Below are positions 13,253-21,966 of a stretch of 49,748 nucleotides of DNA, piece after piece; the first letter of the stretch is position 1, and every line of letters begins with the position of its first letter. The notes beneath the pieces are model-generated. The model ran no database searches and had not been told where the DNA came from. It saw only the letters and a list, made by a program, of their open reading frames with translations. The stretch lies in contig CAZKZP010000001.1 of assembly GCA_964557295.1 (NCBI GenBank), positions 43,798 through 93,545 of the forward strand. The letters run 5' to 3'. This DNA comes from an uncultured Chromatiales bacterium (GTDB lineage: Bacteria > Pseudomonadota > Gammaproteobacteria > RBG-16-57-12). The position numbers were made by a program, and so were the translations under genes.

Positions 13253-14794
13253 GTGACTGAGGAAACCGAGGACAAAAAACTTCGCAGCTTTCGACAGCAA
13301 CTGATGCTGCTTGTCAGTATCGGTCTGTTGACAATGGCGATCGCCTCCTCGTTGAGCACCGCATATGTGACTGCCTGGAATCTCCGCGGCCAAATGATCG
13401 GTGAGGGGCTGCAAGTAACGGAGTCGCTGGCGCGGCAATCGGTGCTGGCGCTGTTGTATGACAGCGGCGACAACGCGGAGGATGCCGTGCGAGCGGCGAT
13501 GGGGTTCCCGGAGATCGAAAACGTCATGATCGTTGCGGCGGATCATCGGGTGTTGCTGAAAAAGGGTAAAAACTCTCTAGAATGGGAAGCCGAGAATTGG
13601 AGCGGCCGGACCCCCGCCATCGTGCGAGAAACTCTTAATCACTGGTATTTTATCGCCCCGGTTTATGCGGAAACACAACTGCTTTCCGAAGAGAGCAAGA
13701 TGTTCCTGCAGAACCAGCCCGAACATGAAGTACTGGGATACGTCATGGTCGGCAAACGGAAAAGCGGCTTGCACAGGGTGCAGTCCTACACCGTGCTGAA
13801 TAATCTCGGAATCACCATTGTGAGCTCGGTGCTATTGCTCTTGGTCCTGCGCCGATCATTCAGTCGCTTGACGCGCCCGTTGAACGATCTATCCGAGGTC
13901 ATGGGGCGCGCTGAAGAGGGAAAAGAGGCCTACGCCAAACTTGAAGGACCGAAGGAAGTCTTGCGTATCGCGGCGGCGTTCAACAAGATGAAGGCGGCCT
14001 TGGATGAGCGCGATCAGCAGCTGCGGCAGCATAACGTGGTGCTGGAACATCAAGTCGCGCAGCGCACCCAGGAGTTGTCATACGCGCTAGAGATGGCCGT
14101 GCAGGCGAACCGAAATAAGTCATATTTTTTATCAAGCGTCAGTCACGAGCTGCGCACCCCGCTGCAATCGATCATCGGCTATAGCGATCTTATTTTGGAC
14201 GGCCTGACAGACGGCGATGACCAGATCCGGCATGATCTCGAAACCATTCTGAGAAACGCAACCAACCTGTTGAACATGATCAATTCGATTCTCGATATGG
14301 CGAAAATCGAATCGGGAAATATGGACGTTTCCTTAAGCATGGTGAATCTACAGAATGTGGCCACTCAAGCGATAGAGACCATCAAGCCGTTGATGACGGA
14401 GAACGGTAATCAGTTGGAGACCCATCTGGTGATCGATCAACGGCAGATCTTGACAGATGAGGCCAAGGTCCGTCAGATCATGCTGAACCTGATCAGCAAT
14501 GCGACAAAATTCACTCATAAAGGTACGATCCGATTCGAGGTCGCCACGACCGGAAAAGGTGTCGAGATGATTGTGGCCGATACCGGGATCGGTATGAACG
14601 AGGAGCAACTGACGCGTATTTTCGAGCCGTTTTATCAAGCAGAAGGCGGGCTTACCCGGCGCTTTCAAGGCACTGGGCTTGGGTTGGCGATCAGCAAACA
14701 GTTCGCGCAGGCGCTGGGCGGGGATATCTGGGTAGAGAGCAAGCTTGGGGTGGGCACTCAGTTTTATGTTTCGATACCCTATGCCAAAGCCTGA
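13253..14794 (+). CDS. Membrane sensor histidine kinase (TM-periplasmic-TM-HAMP-HisKA-HATPase)
   Basis: H box FLSSVSHELRTPL, N box NLISNATKFT, DTGIGM, GTGLGLAIS. Confidence 0.93.
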   Translation: MTEETEDKKLRSFRQQLMLLVSIGLLTMAIASSLSTAYVTAWNLRGQMIGEGLQVTESLARQSVLALLYDSGDNAEDAVRAAMGFPEIENVMIVAADHRVLLKKGKNSLEWEAENWSGRTPAIVRETLNHWYFIAPVYAETQLLSEESKMFLQNQPEHEVLGYVMVGKRKSGLHRVQSYTVLNNLGITIVSSVLLLLVLRRSFSRLTRPLNDLSEVMGRAEEGKEAYAKLEGPKEVLRIAAAFNKMKAALDERDQQLRQHNVVLEHQVAQRTQELSYALEMAVQANRNKSYFLSSVSHELRTPLQSIIGYSDLILDGLTDGDDQIRHDLETILRNATNLLNMINSILDMAKIESGNMDVSLSMVNLQNVATQAIETIKPLMTENGNQLETHLVIDQRQILTDEAKVRQIMLNLISNATKFTHKGTIRFEVATTGKGVEMIVADTGIGMNEEQLTRIFEPFYQAEGGLTRRFQGTGLGLAISKQFAQALGGDIWVESKLGVGTQFYVSIPYAKA

Positions 14795-14892
14795 GGACAT
14801 TGTTGGGCGAGGTCGGCTTCGATACATCGGGATTTCGTCAGGGATAGACCATGATGCCATGAACATGGCATGAACAGTTTTCACAATTTGAA

Positions 14893-17415
14893 ATGGTACT
14901 ATCCGTGACGAATCTTAACATTCTTGTCTTCAATCTCCATGGCGCACAACGTGCTGCTGTCTGCACTGTCTTGAGGGAAGCAGGATATACCAGTCTTGTC
15001 GAGGCATCTGACAGCAGGCAAGCCATCTCCGCCCTCGTCAATAACGTTATTAATCTCGTGATCACCGACGTAGATCTGGGCGACTTGGATGGCTGGCGTT
15101 TGACGCGTTTGATTCGGTCGGGCGCGCTTTCGGTTTCTCCAGACACGCCGGTGATCATGGTCTCGACGGTCTACAGTGAACGCATTGCGGAGGCGACTTC
15201 GAAGGAATACGAGGTCAATCATTTCATGACCTTCCAAGAAGTGGACAACTTACCCGCCGTCGTCAGGGAGCACGCAGGAATCGAACAATGGCATGCACTG
15301 AAGTCGAAGCTGCTGGTGATCGAGGATTTTCACGATACGGTCAACCTGATCAAGCGGGTACTGGGCAACCGCTTCGATATCGAAGTGAGTTACAACGGTC
15401 GCGACGGCTTGGAGGCATGGAAAAAGGGGCGCCACGAGCTGGTCTTGTTGGATGTGATGCTACCCGAGATGTCCGGGCAAGAGGTGTTGAAAGAGATCCT
15501 GGCGATCAAGCCCACTCAGTCGATCGTAATGATGACAGCCCATTCCAGCCCCAAACGCGCAGGCGAGCTGATATTGGCTGGCGCCGTCGATTTTCTGCCC
15601 AAACCGTTTCGTGCCGAGCAATTGCGGCAGGTGTGCGAGATCGCCGCGCGACGCGAAGATTTTATTGTCAGCAACCGGCAATTTTCTCAGCGTCAGGCGG
15701 AGCTGTTCCATGAAAAGGAATTGGCGCAAAAGACCTTGCAGGCGATCGCCGACGGGGTGATCACCACCGATGCGCAGGGGAAGGTGGAGTATTTGAATCC
15801 CACGGCGGAACACATGACCGGCTGGTCTATCGCCGAGGTAAGGGGTTTGTATTCATCAAAAATTCTCAATGTCTATCAGGAGTCCACGTTGATAGAAATT
15901 GACGATCCCCTGGAGCAATGCTTGCGCGCCGGCGCGCCCATTCAAAATGAACGGCCGATCAGCTATCGCAATCGTGACGGGCACGAACTGAAAATTGATC
16001 ATGTGACATCGCCCATTTCCAATCAAAAAGGTGACTTGGTCGGGGCCGTCATGGTGTTTCGTGATGTTACCGAGTCGCATGAGCTTGAGTTGAAGCTTGA
16101 ATATCAGGCCAGCCATGACATGCTCACCGGCCTGACCAATCGCGCCGCGTTCGAGGAGCGACTCAAGCTGGTGCTGGAGACCAGGCTGCATCATCAGGCT
16201 GAGTACACCCTTTGTTATATCGATCTCGATCAGTTCAAGGTCATCAACGATACATGCGGGCACGGCGCCGGGGACCAGTTGTTGCAACATGTTTCAAGGG
16301 TAATGCTGCATAAGATCCGCAAGCACAGTGATACTTTGGCCCGCTTCGGCGGGGATGAATTCGTGCTCTTGCTCGAAGACTGCCCGCTGGATCAAGCCAC
16401 GCGCGTGGCTGAACAAATTTGCGAGGCCGTGCAAGAGTATCGTTTCATCTACGAAAATAAAACCTTCGTGATTGGCGCAAGCATTGGGGTCGTTCCCCTG
16501 ACCCGGGATGTGCTGACAGTGCATGATCTGCTGAGCATGGCCGACAGCGCCTGTTATATCGCCAAGGAAAAGGGAAGAGGCCGTGTCCATATCCTGCAAA
16601 CCGATGACAAGGAGCTGATCCAGCGCCGTGGTGAGATGCAGATCGTCTCAAAAATCAACGAAGCCTTTGAGTCGGGCGGTTTCTCCCTGTTTTATCAGCG
16701 CATCCAGGCGCTGGATGAAATCAATAACGTCGGCGACCACATCGAGATATTGATCAGGATGCACGACGGCAATGGCGGCTATCTCGCGCCGGGTTTTTTC
16801 CTGTCCGCCGCCGAACGTTACAATCTCTCGCCCAAGCTCGATCGCTGGGTGCTGGCCGCCACGCTGCGAACGCTCTCTGAGCACGAAGAGTATTTGTCGC
16901 GCCTCAATATCTGCGCCATCAATCTCTCCGGGCTCAGTTTTTGTGATGAGACCTTCGCGGATTTCGTCCAGCGGCAATTCGAGATCTTCGGCATCCCGCC
17001 GCGAAAGATATGTTTCGAGATCACGGAAACCGCCGCAATCGGCAACATTGCTCTGGCGAGCGAATTCATTCATCACATCAGAAGCCTGGGCTGCTCCTTC
17101 GCTCTGGATGATTTCGGCAGCGGTATGTCCTCCTTCGCTTACCTCAAGCGCCTGCCGATTGATTTCCTGAAGATCGACGGCCTGTTCGTGAAGGATATCC
17201 TGATCGATTCCTTCGATCGCGCGATGGTAAATTCCATCAACGATATCGGCCACGTGTTTGGCTTGAAAACTATCGCCGAATATGTCGAAACCCCCGCCAT
17301 CGCCGAGGAACTGCGCAAGGTCGGTATCGATTATGTGCAAGGGTATGCGATTTCCAAGCCGGAGCCGCTGGAAAAACTGCTGGCAGAGATCAAGATCAGC
17401 AGCCAGCTGACCTGA
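14893..17415 (+). CDS. Response regulator diguanylate cyclase/phosphodiesterase (REC-REC-PAS-GGDEF-EAL)
   Basis: Two receiver domains (ITDVDL; LLDVMLPEMSG...FLPKP), PAS, ARFGGDEF, EIL variant of EAL, DDFGSGMSSF. Confidence 0.9.
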   Translation: MVLSVTNLNILVFNLHGAQRAAVCTVLREAGYTSLVEASDSRQAISALVNNVINLVITDVDLGDLDGWRLTRLIRSGALSVSPDTPVIMVSTVYSERIAEATSKEYEVNHFMTFQEVDNLPAVVREHAGIEQWHALKSKLLVIEDFHDTVNLIKRVLGNRFDIEVSYNGRDGLEAWKKGRHELVLLDVMLPEMSGQEVLKEILAIKPTQSIVMMTAHSSPKRAGELILAGAVDFLPKPFRAEQLRQVCEIAARREDFIVSNRQFSQRQAELFHEKELAQKTLQAIADGVITTDAQGKVEYLNPTAEHMTGWSIAEVRGLYSSKILNVYQESTLIEIDDPLEQCLRAGAPIQNERPISYRNRDGHELKIDHVTSPISNQKGDLVGAVMVFRDVTESHELELKLEYQASHDMLTGLTNRAAFEERLKLVLETRLHHQAEYTLCYIDLDQFKVINDTCGHGAGDQLLQHVSRVMLHKIRKHSDTLARFGGDEFVLLLEDCPLDQATRVAEQICEAVQEYRFIYENKTFVIGASIGVVPLTRDVLTVHDLLSMADSACYIAKEKGRGRVHILQTDDKELIQRRGEMQIVSKINEAFESGGFSLFYQRIQALDEINNVGDHIEILIRMHDGNGGYLAPGFFLSAAERYNLSPKLDRWVLAATLRTLSEHEEYLSRLNICAINLSGLSFCDETFADFVQRQFEIFGIPPRKICFEITETAAIGNIALASEFIHHIRSLGCSFALDDFGSGMSSFAYLKRLPIDFLKIDGLFVKDILIDSFDRAMVNSINDIGHVFGLKTIAEYVETPAIAEELRKVGIDYVQGYAISKPEPLEKLLAEIKISSQLT

Positions 17416-17420
17416 CCTTG

Positions 17421-18248
17421 TTACGGAACCTCACGCGGAGGCGGCCCCTGGTAGTCGATGTCATCGCAGCGCAGCGGCAGGAAGGATTCGGCGGGTTTGT
17501 CTCTTGTGTCGACGTAACAAGCAGTAACACCACTATTTACTAAAATCGCCAAACAGCGATATACCTCTTCGGAGGTGAATCCATGGTCGGACAGAAAAGA
17601 AGACATGTAGCCATTGATGTTCATACTTTCATCAAAATTGCGCAGCAATATTTCCTCGATCTCGTATGCTAGTCTTTGATGCTTTCCGATAGGTATGCCT
17701 AGCTCTTTTTGGGTCCGTTCCATTGCGGCGATTCTTTCATCGCCTTTGGCAATGGGTCGAGCATAGCCCATTATGTGGGGTTTGCCGCCGTGGAGATCGC
17801 ATGCCTGTTTGACGATGTCATCAACTGTGACCCCACGTGAATAAGCCTCGTAGGCTCTTTGGATGAAGTGCATTCCTTCAATGATCGTCCTGGAGCCGTA
17901 TATGCGCGAGTCATTGGCCAATATTCCCGAAACAGTAGCAGCTATCACCGATGTTTGATTTGTGCCAGCAAGAGCGCCGATTTGATTGCACCAAATACGG
18001 GGATCTGGCCAACTAAGGCAGATATGGGCGGCTTCAAACCAATCAGCGATTTTTCGATCAGGGATTTTGCCGATGGCGTTCAGTATAAGCACTTGCATGT
18101 AGGAAAACTTGCCTACCAAATCGTCCAACATCGAATAGCCGTGGTTGAATACCCCTTTTCCAATAATCCAGCCGCCTTTGCTGCTGCGAATGCGCCCCCT
18201 GTTTTCATCCCAGACCGAGGTGTTGGTATGTCTAGTATTCGATGACAT
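17421..18248 (-). CDS. Citrate synthase/citryl-CoA lyase-fold protein (degenerate active site)
   Basis: HGYSMLDDLVGKFSYMQVLIL, WPDPRIW, HIMGYARPIAKGDERI and MNINGY align by eye with the citrate-synthase-like fold. Confidence 0.6.
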   Translation of the reverse strand: MSSNTRHTNTSVWDENRGRIRSSKGGWIIGKGVFNHGYSMLDDLVGKFSYMQVLILNAIGKIPDRKIADWFEAAHICLSWPDPRIWCNQIGALAGTNQTSVIAATVSGILANDSRIYGSRTIIEGMHFIQRAYEAYSRGVTVDDIVKQACDLHGGKPHIMGYARPIAKGDERIAAMERTQKELGIPIGKHQRLAYEIEEILLRNFDESMNINGYMSSFLSDHGFTSEEVYRCLAILVNSGVTACYVDTRDKPAESFLPLRCDDIDYQGPPPREVP

Positions 18249-19047
18249 AATTTTCCTCTGTGATGAAAGGCATGGCGGTGATGGGTTTGTTGCTTAGCTC
18301 TATACCATGCGCAAGCAAGCCGGGGGCGGCCATGATCTGAAATAGCCCAGTGCCCGCGCGTGGATTGAAACCAAGATCCGTAAATACGGCAGCAGCAACG
18401 CCGGTACTCAACCAACCTTGGGTGTGTTGCGCTAACGCCTCTGCCAGCCGGCATCCCCACGCCAAGCTTTTGCCAGCGCCGTTGAGTTTGGCCAACTGAG
18501 ACGCAAGTTGCCAAGAAAGGATATCGATCCCGCCAAATCGAGATCCAAAACCAGGCGCAATATGCCAATCGCCTACATTTGGCGGGTGCGAGCTCGATAA
18601 CAGGGTGTTGGCTACTTGTTGTGGATCGAGATTGCGATTTTGTCGGAAAAACCGCATTGCTGGTTCAATAGCGCCTGCGCCAAGATGCTCCCCGCCATAG
18701 ACGGTAATGGCGATTGGTAGAATGTGTGCCGGATCTGTTTTTCCGACACCAGCATTCATCGCGGCGCGTGTGGCCGGATGGCGTGGTCCTGGATTAATCA
18801 AGCCTATCATCAGCTGCTCTAAAAGTTCCGCTTCTTCATTGTTGGGCAATTCGCCGCGAAACAACAGATAGAGTACATCCACATAGCTGCGTTTTTTCAC
18901 CAGCTCCATTAAATCATAACCATGACAACGTGCAGTGGCGGTGATGTAGGGGTTGTCCGATGTGGGCACTTCTTGCCAAATACGGGAGGCTGCACGTTCA
19001 ACAAAGGTTTCGTTGCGTTTTTCGACCTTGGAGGAGGACTTGGACAT
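18232..19047 (-). CDS. Citrate synthase/citryl-CoA lyase-like protein
   Basis: HGYDLMELVKKRSYVDVLYLLFRGELP, HPATRAA, GGEHLGAG, IAPGFG, GLFQIMAAPGLLAH. Confidence 0.72.
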   Translation of the reverse strand: MSKSSSKVEKRNETFVERAASRIWQEVPTSDNPYITATARCHGYDLMELVKKRSYVDVLYLLFRGELPNNEEAELLEQLMIGLINPGPRHPATRAAMNAGVGKTDPAHILPIAITVYGGEHLGAGAIEPAMRFFRQNRNLDPQQVANTLLSSSHPPNVGDWHIAPGFGSRFGGIDILSWQLASQLAKLNGAGKSLAWGCRLAEALAQHTQGWLSTGVAAAVFTDLGFNPRAGTGLFQIMAAPGLLAHGIELSNKPITAMPFITEENYVIEY

Positions 19048-19057
19048 GACGCGGTGG

Positions 19058-21244
19058 CTATTTATTGAAATGATAGATGGCTTCGATATATACGCTGCGG
19101 CCTTCCAATGGGTAGTCTCCGGCTATTGGGCCATTGCTGGGTTCGCGGGCATCCTCGTCAAGGGCATTTCGAATGGCTGCGGCGAATTCCAACGGATTAT
19201 TGGGGATGTTATATCGTAAAATGAGGTCAACTATGGTGTAGTCTTTGATGTCTTCTCGTGTATCACTCGCGGCTCTTTTGCGTGCTGCCACCCAGTTGAA
19301 GCGTGGATTTAAACTCCAGTTAGGTTTGAATTTCCAGCGTGCGCCCACGGAGAGTTGATGGCCGGGTGCTGCGGCGACCGTTTCGTTTGTGTCAGCATTT
19401 TCTGATTTTTGCCAAGCAACATTGCCAAGTATCTGTAGCGTTTTGCTTAGTTTCCAGTTTGCCTCGGCTTCAAAACCATAACCTCGCTGATCCTTGGCAT
19501 TTCTAGCCTCATTGTTGATGAAATCGATCAGATCATGGATTTGATACGTATAGATGTTGAAAATGGTTTCAAGGTCAAAATTGGGGCGATAGTCGAATGC
19601 CAGTTCTAGCATATCAATGGTTTCAGGATCTAAGTTCTCATTGCCAATGAGATATGGATTATTTTGAAAATAGAGTTCATTAAAGGCCGGAGCCCTGAAG
19701 GCCCGGCCATACAGGAGTTTGGTCGTGAGGTTGTAGTCGGTGGCCCATACCAAGGCAAGACGAGGGTTGACGGTGCTGCCAAAGTCTGAGTAATTATCGT
19801 AGCGTACGCCGCCCGTCAGCTCCCAATCGGCAGCAAATTTCCATTCGTCCTGCAGGGAGAGGTAATACAAGGTTCTTGATTTGTCAGGCATGAATACGTT
19901 GGCCGTGTCTGTTACGTCGGTCAAGGTGCCGTCAATGGGGGTCACTGAGCCATCGATGACGCCAGGGCCAAAGTTCTTCGACTCGCGTGTTTGTACCGAG
20001 TCATGCTCTGTGCCCAGCGCGATGCGCATGTGATGTTTGGCCCAGCCATCGTAGGTAAGGGCGGCCTCAAAAGAGGTTTCCACCAAGTCCCCTCCGGGAT
20101 TCCCCAGCAGCCCATCAGTGAAGGTTACCATGCAGGTTGGTACGCAGGAAAAATTGATATTTCCATCGCTTCCGATGGGGATGGTGGTGCCTGGGGGCAA
20201 TAATTGGAAGAAGGCATCCTGGTTCATTTCACGATAAACTAAATGGCTGTCAACTTTCCAATTCTTAGAGAAATTGTTGTCGATATAGGAGAGCTTGGCG
20301 ATGTAATGATCCACTTCTTGATGGCCAACTGTGTCGAGCGCCTGAGCGCCACCTGGACCAAGTCCGCTATCGCGGAGATTCCAGCTGTTGAACCATAACT
20401 TCCAATTACCCCGACTAATATCCAGGGAGGTATTGAAGACTTCATATTGGGTTTGAAGCGGGCCTGGCGCCAAACTGGCATTGGTGCCAAAGAAGGTATC
20501 GAAGGTTGTCTGTTGGTCGGAGTTGACGATGCGGCCAGCATCGCCGTCACTCTTGGCGTATTCAAGGCTAAATGCCATGTCCCAGCCGCTATATTGGGCA
20601 CCATGCTGGATCCACGCATCTTTGGTATCAAAGGATCCGGCGCGGACCCCCAATATTGTGCCATCGATATCGGTTACTTCTTTGGTGATGACGTTGATCA
20701 CGCCCGCAAAGGCATCTGCGCCATAAACCGCTGATCCGGGACCTCGGATGACCTCGATTCTGGATATGTTTGCGACAGGGAGCCTGAATAACGGTGGGCG
20801 GCCACCGGTTGCGTTATCTCGGATGGGCTGGCCATTGATTAACAGCAAGACTTGCGGATTTTCTCCGGAGTGTATGCCGCGGATGGAGTAAAACGCATTA
20901 AGGCGGTTGAACGATCTAGCGACATGCAAACCAGGGACAAACTCCAGTGCTTCGTCCAGGCTGGTCGCCCCCATGGCCTTGATATCCTCCGCCGTGATGA
21001 CGCTGGCTACAGACGGTGCAAGGTGGATAGGCTTGCGTGTGCCGGTGGCGATGCTGATGATTTCTTCATCTTCATAGAGCAGCATCAAAGCATCTTCACC
21101 GCTTGATTCAGCCTTGAGATAAGCGGGGGTGAGGGCTATGCATATTATCAATGAAGAATACGCGGCCTTGACACGCATCTGGGGGTACCTCGTTATTTTG
21201 GCATAGGGTGCACGGTTCGAGATCCTTCCCTTCTTTTCAGCCAT
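19058..21244 (-). CDS. TonB-dependent receptor (BtuB/CirA-like)
   Basis: Plug domain (APSVASVITAEDI, RIEVIRGPGSAVYGADAFAGVINVITK) and barrel strands (GGVRYDNYSDFG, YGRAFRAP, GRSVYIEAIYHF). The true start may be a downstream Met. Confidence 0.93.
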   Translation of the reverse strand: MAEKKGRISNRAPYAKITRYPQMRVKAAYSSLIICIALTPAYLKAESSGEDALMLLYEDEEIISIATGTRKPIHLAPSVASVITAEDIKAMGATSLDEALEFVPGLHVARSFNRLNAFYSIRGIHSGENPQVLLLINGQPIRDNATGGRPPLFRLPVANISRIEVIRGPGSAVYGADAFAGVINVITKEVTDIDGTILGVRAGSFDTKDAWIQHGAQYSGWDMAFSLEYAKSDGDAGRIVNSDQQTTFDTFFGTNASLAPGPLQTQYEVFNTSLDISRGNWKLWFNSWNLRDSGLGPGGAQALDTVGHQEVDHYIAKLSYIDNNFSKNWKVDSHLVYREMNQDAFFQLLPPGTTIPIGSDGNINFSCVPTCMVTFTDGLLGNPGGDLVETSFEAALTYDGWAKHHMRIALGTEHDSVQTRESKNFGPGVIDGSVTPIDGTLTDVTDTANVFMPDKSRTLYYLSLQDEWKFAADWELTGGVRYDNYSDFGSTVNPRLALVWATDYNLTTKLLYGRAFRAPAFNELYFQNNPYLIGNENLDPETIDMLELAFDYRPNFDLETIFNIYTYQIHDLIDFINNEARNAKDQRGYGFEAEANWKLSKTLQILGNVAWQKSENADTNETVAAAPGHQLSVGARWKFKPNWSLNPRFNWVAARKRAASDTREDIKDYTIVDLILRYNIPNNPLEFAAAIRNALDEDAREPSNGPIAGDYPLEGRSVYIEAIYHFNK

Positions 21245-21268
21245 GGGGCTCTAGTAATCAGAGGTTCA

Positions 21269-21481
21269 TTAGCCCAAATTTAAGTCGTAATCATTCATGG
21301 CAGCTATTTTAATGGACTTGAGTATTCCCTCGATGTCCTGCAGTTTTTCATCATATTTCAACTGTTGATCTTCATCAGTAGACATGGAAGACAGTTTCTC
21401 GAGCCTTTCCTCATAATGTTTCAAGGCTTCCCATAAAATGTGATATTCATTGACGATAGGCTGTATACCTTTAGCCGGCAT
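21269..21481 (-). CDS. Small acidic helical protein, probable Tsi2-like immunity/antitoxin
   Basis: 70 aa, predicted two amphipathic helices. Its start overlaps the end of the Tse2-like ORF. Confidence 0.5.
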   Translation of the reverse strand: MPAKGIQPIVNEYHILWEALKHYEERLEKLSSMSTDEDQQLKYDEKLQDIEGILKSIKIAAMNDYDLNLG

Positions 21482-21896
21482 TTGCTAACTCCAGGGTTGT
21501 CACTAGTTGAACCTTGGATCGATCCAATCCCAATTCCTCGAGAATGCCAAGATACTTTTTTAGTGGCATATTCTTCGAGGGAGCGATCATATAATGCCCT
21601 TCATGGCCGGGACGCTTATCCTTAACGAGTTTCAACTCCTCTGGCAAAGGGACACCTTTCTTGATTCTCCACACCTTTTTTCCTGGTTTACGCATTACCT
21701 TCGTAATGTGGTCAAACGCCGAAAAACCGTTGCCGTTAGCTATGACGGTATCGATACCCTCTTTCCTGGTGATAACCACATCGACTTTTGCCCTGTCTTC
21801 CGTAAAAGCAGGCCATGTCGTATTACCCATCCGGTACAGATCCTTGGTGAACTCGCCGACATCCATAATGTAAAGAACCTCTGGGGCGATCATCAT
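21471..21896 (-). CDS. Tse2-like ADP-ribosyltransferase-fold toxin
   Basis: LYR...GFSAFD...IKKGVPLPEELKLVKD...HYMIAPSKNM parallels P. aeruginosa Tse2 as I recall it (LYR, GTSVFD, IPDGTDIPPDLKVKQD, HYTIMPAKPM). GGAG RBS upstream. Confidence 0.7.
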   Translation of the reverse strand: MMIAPEVLYIMDVGEFTKDLYRMGNTTWPAFTEDRAKVDVVITRKEGIDTVIANGNGFSAFDHITKVMRKPGKKVWRIKKGVPLPEELKLVKDKRPGHEGHYMIAPSKNMPLKKYLGILEELGLDRSKVQLVTTLELANAG

Positions 21897-21966
21897 TGTT
21901 TCTCCTTGGTGTGTGAAAGCTCATGGTTAACATAATAATTATTTATGGAATGAATGCACGCATTTT

